Position numbers and translations under genes: made by a program. Below, piece after piece: positions 63,064 through 64,000 of a DNA stretch of 64,000 bases. The notes beneath the pieces are model-generated. The model was given only the letters and a program-made list of their open reading frames with translations, searched no databases and had not been told where the DNA came from. This DNA comes from Leptolyngbyaceae cyanobacterium. Lineage in GTDB: Bacteria; Cyanobacteriota; Cyanobacteriia; Phormidesmidales; Phormidesmidaceae. The stretch's first letter is position 1. Each line of letters starts with the position of its first letter. The DNA is taken from NCBI GenBank assembly GCA_965263355.1, contig CBDHHL010000056.1, forward strand, positions 2,368,001 through 2,432,000. The letters are read 5' to 3'.

Positions 63064-63261
63064 TTATGCCAAGAAACCAAGTCTCTTACCATTGTCGCGA
63101 GCCAAACGAATCAAATTCTGACGCTCGGTGCGGTCGATACCAAACCAATTACAAACTGTTGTAATCACTTTCGAATGGAGAGCAATCACCTTACCACGCA
63201 TTTGATTAAACTCACGCTTGCCAAGCTGACTACGAAGCAAAATTACAAGAGGTGCAAACAT
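63064..63261 (-). CDS. pgr5: PGR5 (proton gradient regulation 5, Ssr2016-like)
   Basis: MFAPLVIL.R.QLGK.EFNQMRGK.IALHS...RQNLIRLA..NG..LGFLA; AGGAG RBS. Confidence 0.92.
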   Translation of the reverse strand: MFAPLVILLRSQLGKREFNQMRGKVIALHSKVITTVCNWFGIDRTERQNLIRLARDNGKRLGFLA

Positions 63262-63354
63262 GTGGGCTCCTTGAAAATAAGTACATAAAAGGTCTTTTGT
63301 GGCCGTTACTTGAAGAGAATTAGAAGTGCTAGTGATAAGTAACGTGCTGCAACC

Positions 63355-63382
63355 TATGTAAACAATAGTAACGCAATGTAAC
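63355..63382 (-). promoter_or_regulatory. HLR1 (RpaB-binding) direct-repeat array upstream of pgr5
   Basis: Minus strand GTTACATT-gc-GTTACTAT-tg-TTTACATA fits (G/T)TTACA(T/A)(T/A)-N2 repeats. Confidence 0.75.
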
Positions 63383-63649
63383 GATAACGTTACAAACTAT
63401 TGCATTTATTTTTCTTATGTGAGTTATTTCGACGTACAGGTATTTACGCCAGCACAAAGCAGCCAGCCTTCAATACTGACCATTAGAAGGGCTTCATAAC
63501 TGACACAAAACTGATGGCTTAAAGGATATGTACTGCGTCTATGAGTTGCTTGCGAGCTACGACAAGCCTTCAATTAATAGACCCTGCTATCCTGAATGTC
63601 TAGGAATACGGACACAACCGTTGACACTCCCTCTCTACGTTCCTCACCT

Positions 63650-64000
63650 TTAGGGGTCAGAGAGTGTTGAGGATGGAGGCACTGCCAACAATTGACTGGC
63701 TTCTACTTGCTCAGCCCAGACCGTCAGTGTTGTGCCTAGAGATTGGTTAAGGGATGCGATCGCATCCGCTAAGTCAATGGCTGCATTCACCTCATTATTT
63801 TGGGTAGCGACCACCGCATTTTGTAGCTCTAACACCTCAAAAATATCGCCCCCCCGTCCCAAGCGTTCTCTGGTAAGGGCATTCTCTAAACGCTGCTCAG
63901 CTAACTCACGAGCCAGCCGTGTTGCTTCGATACGATTGCGCGCTGATTCCACATTTCTTAGCTGATCCTCCACATCTAAGCGAATATCCGAATTCAGACG
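63650..64000 (-). CDS. TolC-family outer-membrane efflux protein (C-terminal part only)
   Basis: ARELAEQRLE...RERLGRG.DIFEVLELQN...A...E..A..D..AIASL...LG is the OEP C-terminal pattern. Confidence 0.85.
   Translation of the reverse strand, partial: RLNSDIRLDVEDQLRNVESARNRIEATRLARELAEQRLENALTRERLGRGGDIFEVLELQNAVVATQNNEVNAAIDLADAIASLNQSLGTTLTVWAEQVEASQLLAVPPSSTLSDP

Noticed and set aside
63377..63394. TGTAAC-N6-GTTACA as an NtcA site
   Set aside because: Spacing is GTA-N10-TAC rather than GTA-N8-TAC; better explained by HLR1 half-sites.
1..64000. rRNA, tRNA, transposase, integrase or prophage genes
   Set aside because: None recognised by eye; tRNAscan-SE and Infernal would be needed to exclude short RNAs formally.

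Overview
Chromosomal window from a cyanobacterium. It carries psbV, ycf54, pgr5, cyanoexosortase B and repeated HIP1 octamers (GCGATCGC). The glucosylglycerol-phosphate phosphatase points to a salt-tolerant or marine strain; a filamentous Leptolyngbya/Leptothoe-type organism is my inference. Most of 1-46 kb is core genome: stpA, ROK kinase, coaX, folate/biopterin transporter, carotenoid oxygenase, folD-crtE, ycf54, a cyanoexosortase B/Wza/Wzc envelope locus, argF, clpS, a radical SAM fusion, psbV, accD, pilD, leuB, hisC, a CyaC-type adenylate cyclase and murG. Two accessory systems stand out. (1) At 41.4-43.3 kb, an ECF-like sigma factor, a divergent protein with a peptidoglycan-binding domain and a pentapeptide-repeat gene are each preceded by the same motif, GTCAC-N17-CACTA, a candidate autoregulated mini-regulon. 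(2) At 47.7-58.4 kb, a chaperone-usher-like pilus locus has an usher-like protein, a PapD-like chaperone and four pilin-like paralogues with differing architectures, next to a LuxR regulator. Also seen: several small secreted or unannotated peptides, an RpaB HLR1 array upstream of pgr5, a candidate CU-rich sRNA downstream of pgr5 and REP-like short repeats. I recognised no rRNA, tRNA, CRISPR array or transposase. All family calls are by eye from motifs; no database was searched.
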